From positions 1-27,373 of IMG/VR virus record IMGVR_UViG_3300043112_000325: 27,373 nt of DNA; one strand, given 5' to 3'. Shown one piece after another: positions 17,346 to 25,583 of this stretch. The translations under genes were made by a program, and so were the position numbers. Position 1 is the stretch's first letter, and each line of letters opens with the position of its first letter. Below the pieces are notes generated by a model. The model was not told the origin of the DNA and searched no databases. It worked only from the letters and a program-made list of their open reading frames with translations. The DNA comes from a virus (Duplodnaviria > Caudoviricetes).

Positions 17346-18113
17346 ATGAAGAGCCCACTTTCATGGGTCGGCGGCAAGTCCCGACTGGCCTCTCAGATCA
17401 TTGACCTTATCCCCGAACACAAACACTACGGAGAAGCCTTCGCAGGAGCTGGCTGGGTCTTCTTTAGGAAGGATCCAAGCCGTTTTGAAAGTCTGAATGA
17501 CATCAACGGTGATTTGGTCAGCTTCTATCGTGTGCTGCAGAATCATCTTGAGGAGTTCTGCAAGCAGTTCCGGTTTATCCTATCTTCTCGGGAAACTTTT
17601 GAAGACTTCAAGGAGCAGATGGAGGTCGGGGGCCTTACGGACATTCAACGCGCTGCGCGATTTTATTACCTGCAGCGCCTTTGCTTTGGAGGTAAGGTTT
17701 CCGGCCGGACTTATGGTGTGGACGTAAATGGACTCCCGCGAATCAACCTGATCCGCATGGAGACTGATTTGTCAGAGGTGCATCTACGACTTTCCAGAGT
17801 CACGGTGGAAAACCTACCTTGGAAGCAGTACATAAGTCGCTATGACCGTGCGGACACTTTTTTCTATTTGGACCCCCCTTACTATGGGACAGAACATTTT
17901 TATGGCAGGGGCTTGTTCTCCAAGGCTGACTTCATCCAGCTGGCTGAAACGTTGGCCTGCATCAAGGGCAAATTCTTGCTATCATTGAATGACTGCCCTG
18001 AGGTGCGAGAAATCTTTTCTAGGTTCGAGATGCGCGCCACTTCAGCCAAATACACGGTCGGCGGCGGTAAACGACAAAAGACTGCCGGAGAAGTGTTTAT
18101 TTTGAACTATTAA
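17346..18113 (+). CDS. Orphan DNA adenine methyltransferase (Dam-like, D12 class)
   Basis: WVGGKSRL, EAFAGAG (SAM-binding), NDIN and DPPY catalytic motifs; no adjacent restriction nuclease recognised. Confidence 0.93.
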   Translation: MKSPLSWVGGKSRLASQIIDLIPEHKHYGEAFAGAGWVFFRKDPSRFESLNDINGDLVSFYRVLQNHLEEFCKQFRFILSSRETFEDFKEQMEVGGLTDIQRAARFYYLQRLCFGGKVSGRTYGVDVNGLPRINLIRMETDLSEVHLRLSRVTVENLPWKQYISRYDRADTFFYLDPPYYGTEHFYGRGLFSKADFIQLAETLACIKGKFLLSLNDCPEVREIFSRFEMRATSAKYTVGGGKRQKTAGEVFILNY

Positions 18114-18114
18114 C

Positions 18115-18148
18115 AGAAAATCCCCGGCGCTGATGCCGGGGATTTTCT
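18115..18148. terminator. Bidirectional intrinsic terminator
   Basis: 14-bp perfect inverted repeat AGAAAATCCCCGGC/GCCGGGGATTTTCT between convergent genes. Confidence 0.85.
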
Positions 18149-18981
18149 ACCGTATTTTTTCTATGATTTTTATAAGGTACTCTTTACCTTCGTCGGTGAG
18201 GTGCGTGTCTCTGGTGACGTAACCAGCATCCGCGAGTTCTGAGATAAAGCCAGAATCCAAACCGCGAAGATTAATGCTGATTTCTTCAGCCACTTCGTCT
18301 GGCGGCATGAAGGGGTGACAAGTATGCCCAATATAATGGTCAAGGTATTCAAAATTTTTCACTGTCATGGATAATTTTTTCTGTTTTGCAGAAGCAATAT
18401 CTTTTCTGAGGGATGCAACCTTTTCTTTTAGTTCACGATACTCAAGGGATTTTGAGTTGTTTATTCTTTCAAGCTGCTCTCTTATTTCTCTTTGCAAGTT
18501 AGAGTGTTTCAAGGAATCAGAAATTTCTTTAGTCCAAGAGTCAAAATATGTGACAATTTTAGACTCCTCTTCTTGTAAGTGCTTTTCCAATTTTAGTACT
18601 TGAGGATCTGACATTATAATGGCTTGTATTTTCTCATATGAGGATGAAAGGTTTGATAGCTTTTCACCGAAGCCACTTTCTATTTTGTTCAATATTTCTG
18701 AAGTTTGCTGTGTGAACTTGTATGTGTTGTCATAGAACTTATTACTTGTGTCTGTTGCCTTGAAATAAAAAAGTGCTGCAAGAGATATAGAGAATAGTGC
18801 TAGCAAGAGAGAGAAGAGCTGGGAAGTCGAGTTGAAGATCAAAATCTGTTGTGATGAGTTTATAGCAAAAGGAGCCAACTAGGCTTAGAAGCGTGATAGA
18901 CTGCGCCCATGTAGGGATGTTTATTTTATCTAACACGCTTTTTTTGGTGGGGCATCGGGGTGTCGTTGCGTTTTTATCCAT
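18147..18981 (-). pseudogene. Frameshifted AT-rich membrane/coiled-coil cargo gene (about 278 aa if restored)
   Basis: ORFs 18742-18981 (GAGGT RBS) and 18147-18878 join into ...DFPALLSLLLALFSISLAALFYFKATDTSNKFYDNTY... if one CT unit is added to the (CT)4 tract at 18806-18813. Confidence 0.75.
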
Positions 18982-19017
18982 ATCTACCTCACAGAAGCTT
19001 CGTGATTATCAGAACTG

Positions 19018-19749
19018 TTATTCAATTGGTCTTGCTGTCAGCTTGGTCCCTCGGTCATCAAAGGAAATATACGACACCATCGAAAAAAGCACCCCGTGTC
19101 CCTTGGCGGTCTGCGGCGAGTCGAGGTTTGCGATGGACGCACTGAGCAAGGTTTTGAGGATTTCCACCTGATCGTCTTCCGGTATTTGCGGGGCCAGAGT
19201 CTTCATCAGGAAGGTCATAGCCTTGCTGACCGCTTTGCTGTCGGCTATTAGGCTTGGTACGTAATCCACCTCCGCCTCAGTTACCATACCCCCAGCCTCG
19301 CTGAACTGGACCCTAACGCCAGGTACTGAATAAACGCGCCAGGTGTTCTTCCTAAAGCCCGCAGGCTTCAGGTCTGACAACAAGGCTTGGGTAAACTCCT
19401 TGTAGCCGATTGGGAAGCTAGGGGGCATTTCAGGCCCTTTACCCTGAATGGCTTTTTCAACAGCAGTTTGATCCACGGAGGGTGGGGCATAGGGAACTTC
19501 AATTTTATCTGAGTGCCCTTTCGCCACTCCGTTGGTTGCGAATACAACTCCATCCTTCAGCCAATAACCCGCGAAGCCATTGACGAGAACCGCAGTCCCT
19601 CCCAAAAGGGGACCGGTTTCCCATGACGTTATGCTGTAACGGTCTTCCCAGGTGGCGCTGATCTTTTCATATCCCGGACGTTCGCCGCTGCACCCTGCAA
19701 ATGTGAACAGGGCAAGAATGCATATCAGTAGGCACTGGCCTTTATTCAT
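19018..19749 (-). CDS. Predicted lipoprotein (cargo/moron, 243 aa)
   Basis: Restarted at ATG 19749 with GGAGG upstream; MNKGQCLLICILALFTFAG-C lipobox. Confidence 0.8.
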   Translation of the reverse strand: MNKGQCLLICILALFTFAGCSGERPGYEKISATWEDRYSITSWETGPLLGGTAVLVNGFAGYWLKDGVVFATNGVAKGHSDKIEVPYAPPSVDQTAVEKAIQGKGPEMPPSFPIGYKEFTQALLSDLKPAGFRKNTWRVYSVPGVRVQFSEAGGMVTEAEVDYVPSLIADSKAVSKAMTFLMKTLAPQIPEDDQVEILKTLLSASIANLDSPQTAKGHGVLFSMVSYISFDDRGTKLTARPIE

Positions 19750-19821
19750 CTCATTTCCCTCCATCGTGTGAACATTCGATATCTACTGATTTGTTGCACG
19801 TGGGAAACAGTTATTCGATAA

Positions 19822-19844
19822 TCCCCGGAACAGGTTTCCGGGGA
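19822..19844 (-). terminator. Stem-loop, possible weak terminator after the 59-aa ORF
   Basis: TCCCCGGAA-N5-TTCCGGGGA; weak U-tail on the minus strand. Confidence 0.45.
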
Positions 19845-19852
19845 GGGGGTCC

Positions 19853-20032
19853 CTATCCGCCCAGATGTTTTACTTGCTCTTGATCCAGCCGGATCACGCA
19901 GTCATGCAGCCTTTCTCCGAGCAACTTCATGAGATGTCCGCCGCAGGGAACGATGCCGGCCAGAAAGTCCAGCGTGTGGGCAATCTCGGAGAGCGTGTTA
20001 AGGGTCTCGTCCAATGAGGAATGGTTATTCAT
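19853..20032 (-). CDS. Hypothetical 59-aa helical protein (not in ORF track)
   Basis: GGAGG-N5-ATG; MNNHSSLDETLNTLSEIAHTLDFLAGIVPCGGHLMKLLGERLHDCVIRLDQEQVKHLGG*. Confidence 0.65.
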   Translation of the reverse strand: MNNHSSLDETLNTLSEIAHTLDFLAGIVPCGGHLMKLLGERLHDCVIRLDQEQVKHLGG

Positions 20033-20131
20033 TTCAGCCTCCTATTTCAGGTTTTCGTCCCGCCCAAGGCGCGGATACGTGAAACCGTTGGAGGAATGAA
20101 AGAACGTATGAATAAAATGGCTATAGGGGGA

Positions 20132-20495
20132 GGGGCTACGGAAAACCGTAATTGATGCAACCTGCCCATGTCCTGATACGATTTTTCCAATCTTTACAGA
20201 CGTTAAAGAACTGGGCAGCAAATGTAATAAATCGGTAATTGAATGTAATCAAAAAAGTAATGGTCAATGAAAACAGTGGGTTGGTTTTTAAGGAAAGTGT
20301 AATGAAATGAGTGTAATTGGATTACAGTATTATTACATAAAAATTACAGTATACGAATATTCCACAATTCCTTGTCTGCCGGGCATTTCCTGACGTTCAA
20401 GGGGAAGTCATTACGCCAATTACGGTTTTCCGTAGCCCCCTCTGGTTTCCGCAATTCCTTGTCTCGCGTCGCGCATGCGCACGTGCGTGTGCGTA
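20132..20495. repeat. Candidate replication origin: 23-bp inverted repeat enclosing GTAAT/ATTAC iterons in an AT-rich tract
   Basis: GGGGCTACGGAAAACCGTAATTG (20132-20154) has an exact inverse at 20417-20439. Seven GTAAT are followed by five ATTAC, downstream of the primase-helicase operon. Confidence 0.7.
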
Positions 20496-20562
20496 AAAGG
20501 ACAGGACACAACAAAGCGGCCATCAAGGACGGATCCTCGATGGCCGCTTGGCTGGGGGAGAG

Positions 20563-20784
20563 CTATCGCTGCACGTGCTGCGTGAGCTCAGGGTGTTGGC
20601 GCCACCACTGCCGGCAGGCATCTACATAGGGGCAGCGCCTCACGTTGGCCGCTTTGCGCAGCTCCCCGTGGGCGTGCGGACGTTTCTCCCAGCGAACCTT
20701 GCCAAGGCAGTAGCCATCCTGGTGACATTCCAGAATGGCGGCAATGGCTGGATCCGAACATGGTCGAGAAGGCTTGTCGTACAT
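20563..20784 (-). CDS. Small Cys/His-containing hypothetical protein (73 aa)
   Basis: Restarted at ATG 20784, 4 nt after the upstream stop; co-oriented with the early operon. Confidence 0.55.
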   Translation of the reverse strand: MYDKPSRPCSDPAIAAILECHQDGYCLGKVRWEKRPHAHGELRKAANVRRCPYVDACRQWWRQHPELTQHVQR

Positions 20785-20788
20785 GATT

Positions 20789-20986
20789 CTACTCTTCCTC
20801 GGCCGTCCATTCTCCGCCTTCCTCAAAGGCAACGAACGCCGAGGCATATCTACGATTCATGATCACGGCGTCCACGGTATCCTCCAGAACGCCCTGCACA
20901 GGCATGTCTTTCGGGAGCCGTGAGAGTTCGTCCACCATCTCGCCTACCGTTGTGACATTGACTGCCCATGATCCGTTGCTGAACAT
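20789..20986 (-). CDS. Small acidic hypothetical protein (65 aa)
   Basis: AAGGAG RBS; co-oriented with the early operon. Confidence 0.65.
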   Translation of the reverse strand: MFSNGSWAVNVTTVGEMVDELSRLPKDMPVQGVLEDTVDAVIMNRRYASAFVAFEEGGEWTAEEE

Positions 20987-21020
20987 CTGGAATCTCCTTT
21001 TCTAGAATCGGTTGATCCGC

Positions 21021-21203
21021 TCAAGCCTGTTTCTCCAGGCCGCAGCGTGTGCACCTCTTGTATTCGTGATGACTGTCATGCCCATCAGGCACAAAGTCGT
21101 GGTCGCAAACCTCCTGCAGCGCCCGGATCGCATCCCGGCGCTTCTTGACCTCCGCCTCGTGCGAAAGCATCTCCGTCCGTAATCGGTCGATGGTTTCTTT
21201 CAT
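21021..21203 (-). CDS. Small coiled-coil plus CxH/CxxC putative zinc-binding protein (60 aa)
   Basis: GGAG RBS; VCDHDF...RCTRCG. Confidence 0.7.
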   Translation of the reverse strand: MKETIDRLRTEMLSHEAEVKKRRDAIRALQEVCDHDFVPDGHDSHHEYKRCTRCGLEKQA

Positions 21204-21218
21204 GGCTTCTCCATTTGA

Positions 21219-23867
21219 CTACTTGCTGAAAATCCAACAGCGCATGGTCTTGTTGAAGTGCTGGCTGCTGACCGCTCTGCCGGCTTCCACGAATTTGTGG
21301 CGCTTGGATTGCGGCAGCAGCTTTTTCAACGTCTTCATGTCCGGCAGCTCTTGGCCATGCTTCTGGCAGAGCTCGCGGTACTGGCTTAGGTTGACGGCGA
21401 TGATGCCGGGATCGGACGAGTGGTCCAGAAAGTTGTCCACCTTGGTCTCGTGCTGGCTGTTCAAATAGTGGAAGGATTCCCAGAACTGCTCCACCAGCGG
21501 ATGGTCTGCGGAAAGGCGCTGTTCGCGCTTGCGGGCGCGTTCAAGAATATAGATGGCCAGCTTGTCCTGCCGCTCCTGATCCATGCTCGGGAACAGCACG
21601 GCCAGCGCTGCGCCGCATGCGGCAATCTGCGCATGGTTCTTCACCACGCGCTCGTTGCGGATGTCGCTCTGAGCGAACCACTCTTCATAGCGATGGAACG
21701 CCTCTTCATACACGGAGAGGATCTCGCGCTCCTTCTGCAGGGCCTTGCGCAAAAAGCCACCCACGGACTGCGAGGTCTGGCGCTCGAACCAACGGGCCAC
21801 CTCGCGGCTGTCCGGCGTGTGGTGGCGCTTGTCCACGTGGAAATGAACGATGCGCTGTAGGAGTGCTTCGGAGCCGTCCACCTCGGCGTTCTGACTGATG
21901 ACCAGAGCGGCCTGAAAAAGGTTTTCCTCCACGTCGTTGTTCCGCCTGGCCACACCGAGCGTCCCTGTGCCGCGGCCGTTGAAAAACGGTTTGCACTCGT
22001 CAAAGTTGAACTGCCGGGCCTTTGCGTCCTTCTCGCCCGAGTCGCGGTCGGATTCGATCAACACGATGGGCAGGTTGGAAAGCTGGCTGAAGGCGCGCCG
22101 GCGTCCAGCGATGGTGGACTTCATGATGTCGAACCCTTCGTAGTCGTCGCGGCCGCAGAGCTTCCAGCAGAACTCCAGGGCGGTGGACTTGCCCGCCCCC
22201 GGCTCCCCGGTGAACTCGCAGAAGGGGAACGTCTTGTGCTTGGTGCGGATCTGCTGCACGAACAGGCTGCCGAGCCAGAAGGCCAGCAGGCCGAGCCCCT
22301 GCCAGTGAAAAGCCTTGAAATAGTCGTCCAGCCAGTCCGGGTGGAAATCGCCGTCGGTGTTGATGGCCACGCCGTTCAGGTTGGTCTTGATGCCCACGTT
22401 GCCTATGCGGAAATAGCCGTCCCGGTTCAGCCGTATCTCGCGGCCTCCGTTGTATGCGGCCTGTTGGTAGACGTATGTCTTGGTGTCGCGGTCATAGCCC
22501 ACGAACGGCACTGACTGGACCGTCTTCATTTTCCGGTTCAGCCAGTTGTCACGCAGGATTTTGAGCTGCCGGACGTCGCCGTCGAAGGTGCCCCCGCTGG
22601 AGCGGTTTAGCAGCGACTTGTGGAAGGCGTCCGGACTGGTGATGTTAGTGCCCTCCAGCCCGATGATGTCAGGCGCGTTGCCGTTGGCGTATTCGATCTG
22701 AAAGACATAGCGCTGTTCATCCATGATCGGATCCCGCTCCATGTAGAGGAAGCGGGGATTCACGTTGCTGATCTGATCCACGTCCACATAGCGCAGAAAG
22801 ATTCCCCAGCCTTGCGGGGAGTCCAGTTCGATCGGTTCCTGGTCGGGTTCTCCGTCGTCCTTTTTTGATGGGGTCAGCTCGTGATGCAGTCCGGCGGTGT
22901 CCACGGTCACGGAGTAAAGCGCGGACTTGAAGTCGAGGATGAATTTGCGCAGCTGATGCCGGTTGTAAAAGTGGAAGGCCTTTTCCTCCACGTTTTCCGC
23001 CATGAACAGCTTGCCGTGATAGAGGCGCTCGCGGAGGAATTCGCGGGTGAGCTTGTGTTCGCGGTGGTAGTCGTCCAGGTCCTTGTCGTTGTTCGGCAGG
23101 ATCAGAACCTCGAACTTCTCGCCCATCTCCTTGAGCCGGCGCGCATGTTTTCGGGTGTCGCGCCGCCCGGCTTCGTCGCCGTCCAGCGCAAGGACCCACG
23201 TGATGTCTTGTCCTTTGTGCTCTTCGATGAGCTGCGCCGGGAAGTTTACGCACGAAAGGCAGGCCGCGGCCTTGATATCCAGATGGTGCAGGGCGATGGC
23301 GTGAAAGCAGCCTTCCACCAGATAGCAGTGGTCGCCTTTCTCCAGTGCGAATCCGGGCGGCGTCCACGCCATGCCTTTGTACTTGCCCTCAAAGTTGGCC
23401 TTGCGGCCGTCGCGGGGACGGCGGTCAATGAACCGCTCCCAGTAGATGCCCTGCTCCCGGTCCAGATAGAACCGCACGGTGGGGGCGAACTGGTTGGTCC
23501 TCGGGAACTGGTAGGCTCCCTGCTCGTACCAGCCTCGAATCTTGGAGAGGTCGAATCCCCGGTCCATGGCGAGGTAGGCGGAGGCTGTCGCGTTGCGATC
23601 CTGCTCGGTCGGCGGGTAGCGCCGCGAGAAGTCCTCGAACAGCTTGGGAAGAATCTCCCGCGTGGTTGCCGACCATCCGCACTTGTTGAGCCGGCCGCAG
23701 TGCAGCTTCCAGGGCCGCTCCTTGCTCACGTAGAGTTCCTTCTTGCCGCAGCTGGGGCATACGCCCTTGCGCAGGTAATCCCCCTGATCCTGAAACTGGA
23801 AGGAGGATTCCTGCATCAAGGCCTGAACTACTTCAGCTGCGCCGATGTCGGGACGATGATTGGTCAT
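21219..23867 (-). CDS. Zn-binding/TOPRIM primase fused to P-loop helicase (replication initiator, 882 aa)
   Basis: CPSC...CGRLNKC zinc site; TOPRIM VEG and DGDEAG (DxD); Walker A GEPGAGKS; Walker B-like IVLIESD. Confidence 0.9.
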   Translation of the reverse strand: MTNHRPDIGAAEVVQALMQESSFQFQDQGDYLRKGVCPSCGKKELYVSKERPWKLHCGRLNKCGWSATTREILPKLFEDFSRRYPPTEQDRNATASAYLAMDRGFDLSKIRGWYEQGAYQFPRTNQFAPTVRFYLDREQGIYWERFIDRRPRDGRKANFEGKYKGMAWTPPGFALEKGDHCYLVEGCFHAIALHHLDIKAAACLSCVNFPAQLIEEHKGQDITWVLALDGDEAGRRDTRKHARRLKEMGEKFEVLILPNNDKDLDDYHREHKLTREFLRERLYHGKLFMAENVEEKAFHFYNRHQLRKFILDFKSALYSVTVDTAGLHHELTPSKKDDGEPDQEPIELDSPQGWGIFLRYVDVDQISNVNPRFLYMERDPIMDEQRYVFQIEYANGNAPDIIGLEGTNITSPDAFHKSLLNRSSGGTFDGDVRQLKILRDNWLNRKMKTVQSVPFVGYDRDTKTYVYQQAAYNGGREIRLNRDGYFRIGNVGIKTNLNGVAINTDGDFHPDWLDDYFKAFHWQGLGLLAFWLGSLFVQQIRTKHKTFPFCEFTGEPGAGKSTALEFCWKLCGRDDYEGFDIMKSTIAGRRRAFSQLSNLPIVLIESDRDSGEKDAKARQFNFDECKPFFNGRGTGTLGVARRNNDVEENLFQAALVISQNAEVDGSEALLQRIVHFHVDKRHHTPDSREVARWFERQTSQSVGGFLRKALQKEREILSVYEEAFHRYEEWFAQSDIRNERVVKNHAQIAACGAALAVLFPSMDQERQDKLAIYILERARKREQRLSADHPLVEQFWESFHYLNSQHETKVDNFLDHSSDPGIIAVNLSQYRELCQKHGQELPDMKTLKKLLPQSKRHKFVEAGRAVSSQHFNKTMRCWIFSK

Positions 23868-23870
23868 GGA

Positions 23871-24218
23871 TTAACCTTGCTGGGTTGCGGCTGAAAAGAT
23901 CGGGTCACCCTGCGGCGTGAAGTCCGGCACGTCGTCGGGATCCGGCAGCTTCAGCTCACGGCGGACGAATGCTTCCGCCCGGGCATCCAGCACGATGACC
24001 CGCTTGCGGTGCCCACCAATCCCGGGATGCGGAGCGGTCAGGGGAAGCCGGTTCACAAAGGCGTGCAGGGCGGAGACTCTGGTAAACCGCGCCTCGTCTC
24101 GGAACTTGGGAAAGAGATTGCAAAGAGCCAACTCTCTGCGCCCGGCGTTCAGCCCCAGTTGCAGCAGCTCGGCCAGCCGTTCCTTGCGCGCATTGCGTTT
24201 GAGCTCGTGCTTGTTCAT
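23871..24218 (-). CDS. Hypothetical basic early protein (115 aa)
   Basis: ATG 24218 overlaps the CII TGA (ATGA); stop lies 3 nt before the primase ATG. Confidence 0.65.
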   Translation of the reverse strand: MNKHELKRNARKERLAELLQLGLNAGRRELALCNLFPKFRDEARFTRVSALHAFVNRLPLTAPHPGIGGHRKRVIVLDARAEAFVRRELKLPDPDDVPDFTPQGDPIFSAATQQG

Positions 24219-24709
24219 TCCGAGGCCCTCCCGATGTTGTCGCGTTCCCATGCCCTGAGCGTGCCGAGCATGTCGGCGCCATGGTCCAGCACGTCGTTGA
24301 GCTCACGGATGATGCGCCGCACTTCCTTGGGCTCCAGCTTGCCGTCCTCGATCGCGCACTGCGCTTCCTTGCCCACGTCGGAGACTTCCCCGAACAGTTT
24401 GCCGATCTGCTGGATCAGCTTTGCGCAGTTGATGTCCTGCGGGACCGTGGCCATTCCTGCGTGCATGGCCTGAACCTGCAGCCACTGAATAATGATCGTG
24501 TTGCCAAGCACGCCGCAGAGTATCGGCAGTTGCTCGTAAGAGGGGTAGTAGCGGTCAACGGAGAAAATCCTGCGGGCCTGTCCGCCGTCCCAGCCCATCT
24601 CCTTGGCGATCTCGCCGACGCCTTTGCCGGACTTCTGGGCTGCGAGCTTGAAGGCGTCGATGGCATCGAGCCTGAGCAGTCCCGGTATTTCGTTGTCGTG
24701 CTGTCCCAT
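24215..24709 (-). CDS. CII-like regulatory protein (phage 186 CII/CP76-type)
   Basis: N-terminal HTH (VGEIAKEMGWDGGQARRIF); C-terminal AIEDGKLEPKEVRRIIRE typical of CP76 family; position after Cro. Confidence 0.78.
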   Translation of the reverse strand: MGQHDNEIPGLLRLDAIDAFKLAAQKSGKGVGEIAKEMGWDGGQARRIFSVDRYYPSYEQLPILCGVLGNTIIIQWLQVQAMHAGMATVPQDINCAKLIQQIGKLFGEVSDVGKEAQCAIEDGKLEPKEVRRIIRELNDVLDHGADMLGTLRAWERDNIGRASE

Positions 24710-24750
24710 AGTTGTGCTCCTCTGGTTTGTTCACACGGGTAGAGCGGCGG

Positions 24751-24966
24751 TTATCGGCTTGATAAGGTGCGCTGAAAAAGATCAGGGCGCAGTTTCTCAA
24801 GAGGGATTCCCAGCCGTGCATGGTATCGGGCTGCAGCCGATTCGGGGACTATCTCGGCGTGACAGTGCTTCCAGACTGTCGCCCGATCGTAGTCCACAAG
24901 GCGAGACAGCTCCGCGTAACCAAGCCCTTTCCTTTGCCTGTGAATCTCAAGTGCGTTTTCTTCCAT
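24751..24966 (-). CDS. Cro/YdaS-like HTH regulator (71 aa)
   Basis: HTH GYAELSRLVDYDRATVWKH; C-terminal LRPDLF; divergent from the repressor. The track's TTG start at 25002 coincides with the -35 box. Confidence 0.78.
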   Translation of the reverse strand: MEENALEIHRQRKGLGYAELSRLVDYDRATVWKHCHAEIVPESAAARYHARLGIPLEKLRPDLFQRTLSSR

Positions 24967-24972
24967 GAGGCA

Positions 24973-25002
24973 ATTGTTGCCGTAAGGCAACGAAACTGTC
25001 AA
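24973..25002 (-). promoter_or_regulatory. Early lytic promoter with overlapping operator
   Basis: Minus-strand TTGACA (25002-24997), 5 nt, GTTGCC-N4-GGCAAC (24976-24991), and -10-like AACAAT at 18-nt spacing. Confidence 0.7.
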
Positions 25003-25037
25003 GCGAAGTGTATGTGTAAGGCAGCGGAAGGGGTTTT

Positions 25038-25553
25038 ATGCCGGAAACCATGGACAGCATTCGAATCAATGAAAGAGCGTGGACCCTCATCTTAGACCGC
25101 ATGCAGAAGATGATGGAGGACGGCGTCTCGCAAGCGACAATTGCCCGTCAAATAGGCTGTGACCGTGCAACGGTAAACCGCTGGATACTCAATCGGCGCG
25201 GGGGCTACAGGACCACATTCAAGGACATGGTCAGGGTTCTGGACCGGTTGCGGATTCCTCTCAAGGATGTCTTCGGTGTTGATGAAGAGCTTTTATCCCC
25301 GTCCCCGGATTTTTTGCCAACGGGTTTTGATCAGGCCGTGTCGGAAGTAATCCATAATGTGGCCAAGGCGGTGGGAAAGAATGTGGTAGATATCGCGCGT
25401 GATTTGGAGGGATTGGAGCCAAGTGACGTCAAGATGATGCTCAAAGGTAAAGCTCCTATGCGCGTGAGCGATTTCCATGGAATTTGCCGGGTAGTCGGTG
25501 TTTCCCCCAGTGTGGTTCTGGATCGCGCGTCCGGGCTTTCCGAATCAGAATAA
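25038..25553 (+). CDS. CI-like repressor with two HTH-like domains and no recognisable S24 peptidase
   Basis: VSQATIARQIGCDRATVNRWI HTH; second XRE-like unit NVVDIARDLEGLEPSDVKMMLKG...ICRVVGVSPSVVL; divergent from Cro. Confidence 0.78.
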   Translation: MPETMDSIRINERAWTLILDRMQKMMEDGVSQATIARQIGCDRATVNRWILNRRGGYRTTFKDMVRVLDRLRIPLKDVFGVDEELLSPSPDFLPTGFDQAVSEVIHNVAKAVGKNVVDIARDLEGLEPSDVKMMLKGKAPMRVSDFHGICRVVGVSPSVVLDRASGLSESE

Positions 25554-25583
25554 GGACTTCAATCGCAAATAAAATACATTCGA

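Noticed and set aside
17346-18981. Type II restriction-modification pair (methyltransferase plus convergent gene)
   Set aside because: The convergent gene is a membrane/coiled-coil protein with no recognisable nuclease motif.
20132-20464. CRISPR array interpretation of the repeats
   Set aside because: Repeats are 5-mers or single pairs, with no repeat-spacer periodicity and no cas genes.
17164-20560. P2-type cos site expected between portal and replication genes
   Set aside because: No convincing match to GGCGAGGCGGGGAAAGCAC found by eye; only weak similarity near 20051-20070.
20344-20629. Short ORFs 20344-20526 and 20372-20629 over the origin region
   Set aside because: No clear RBS or motifs; they overlap the repeat-rich non-coding tract.
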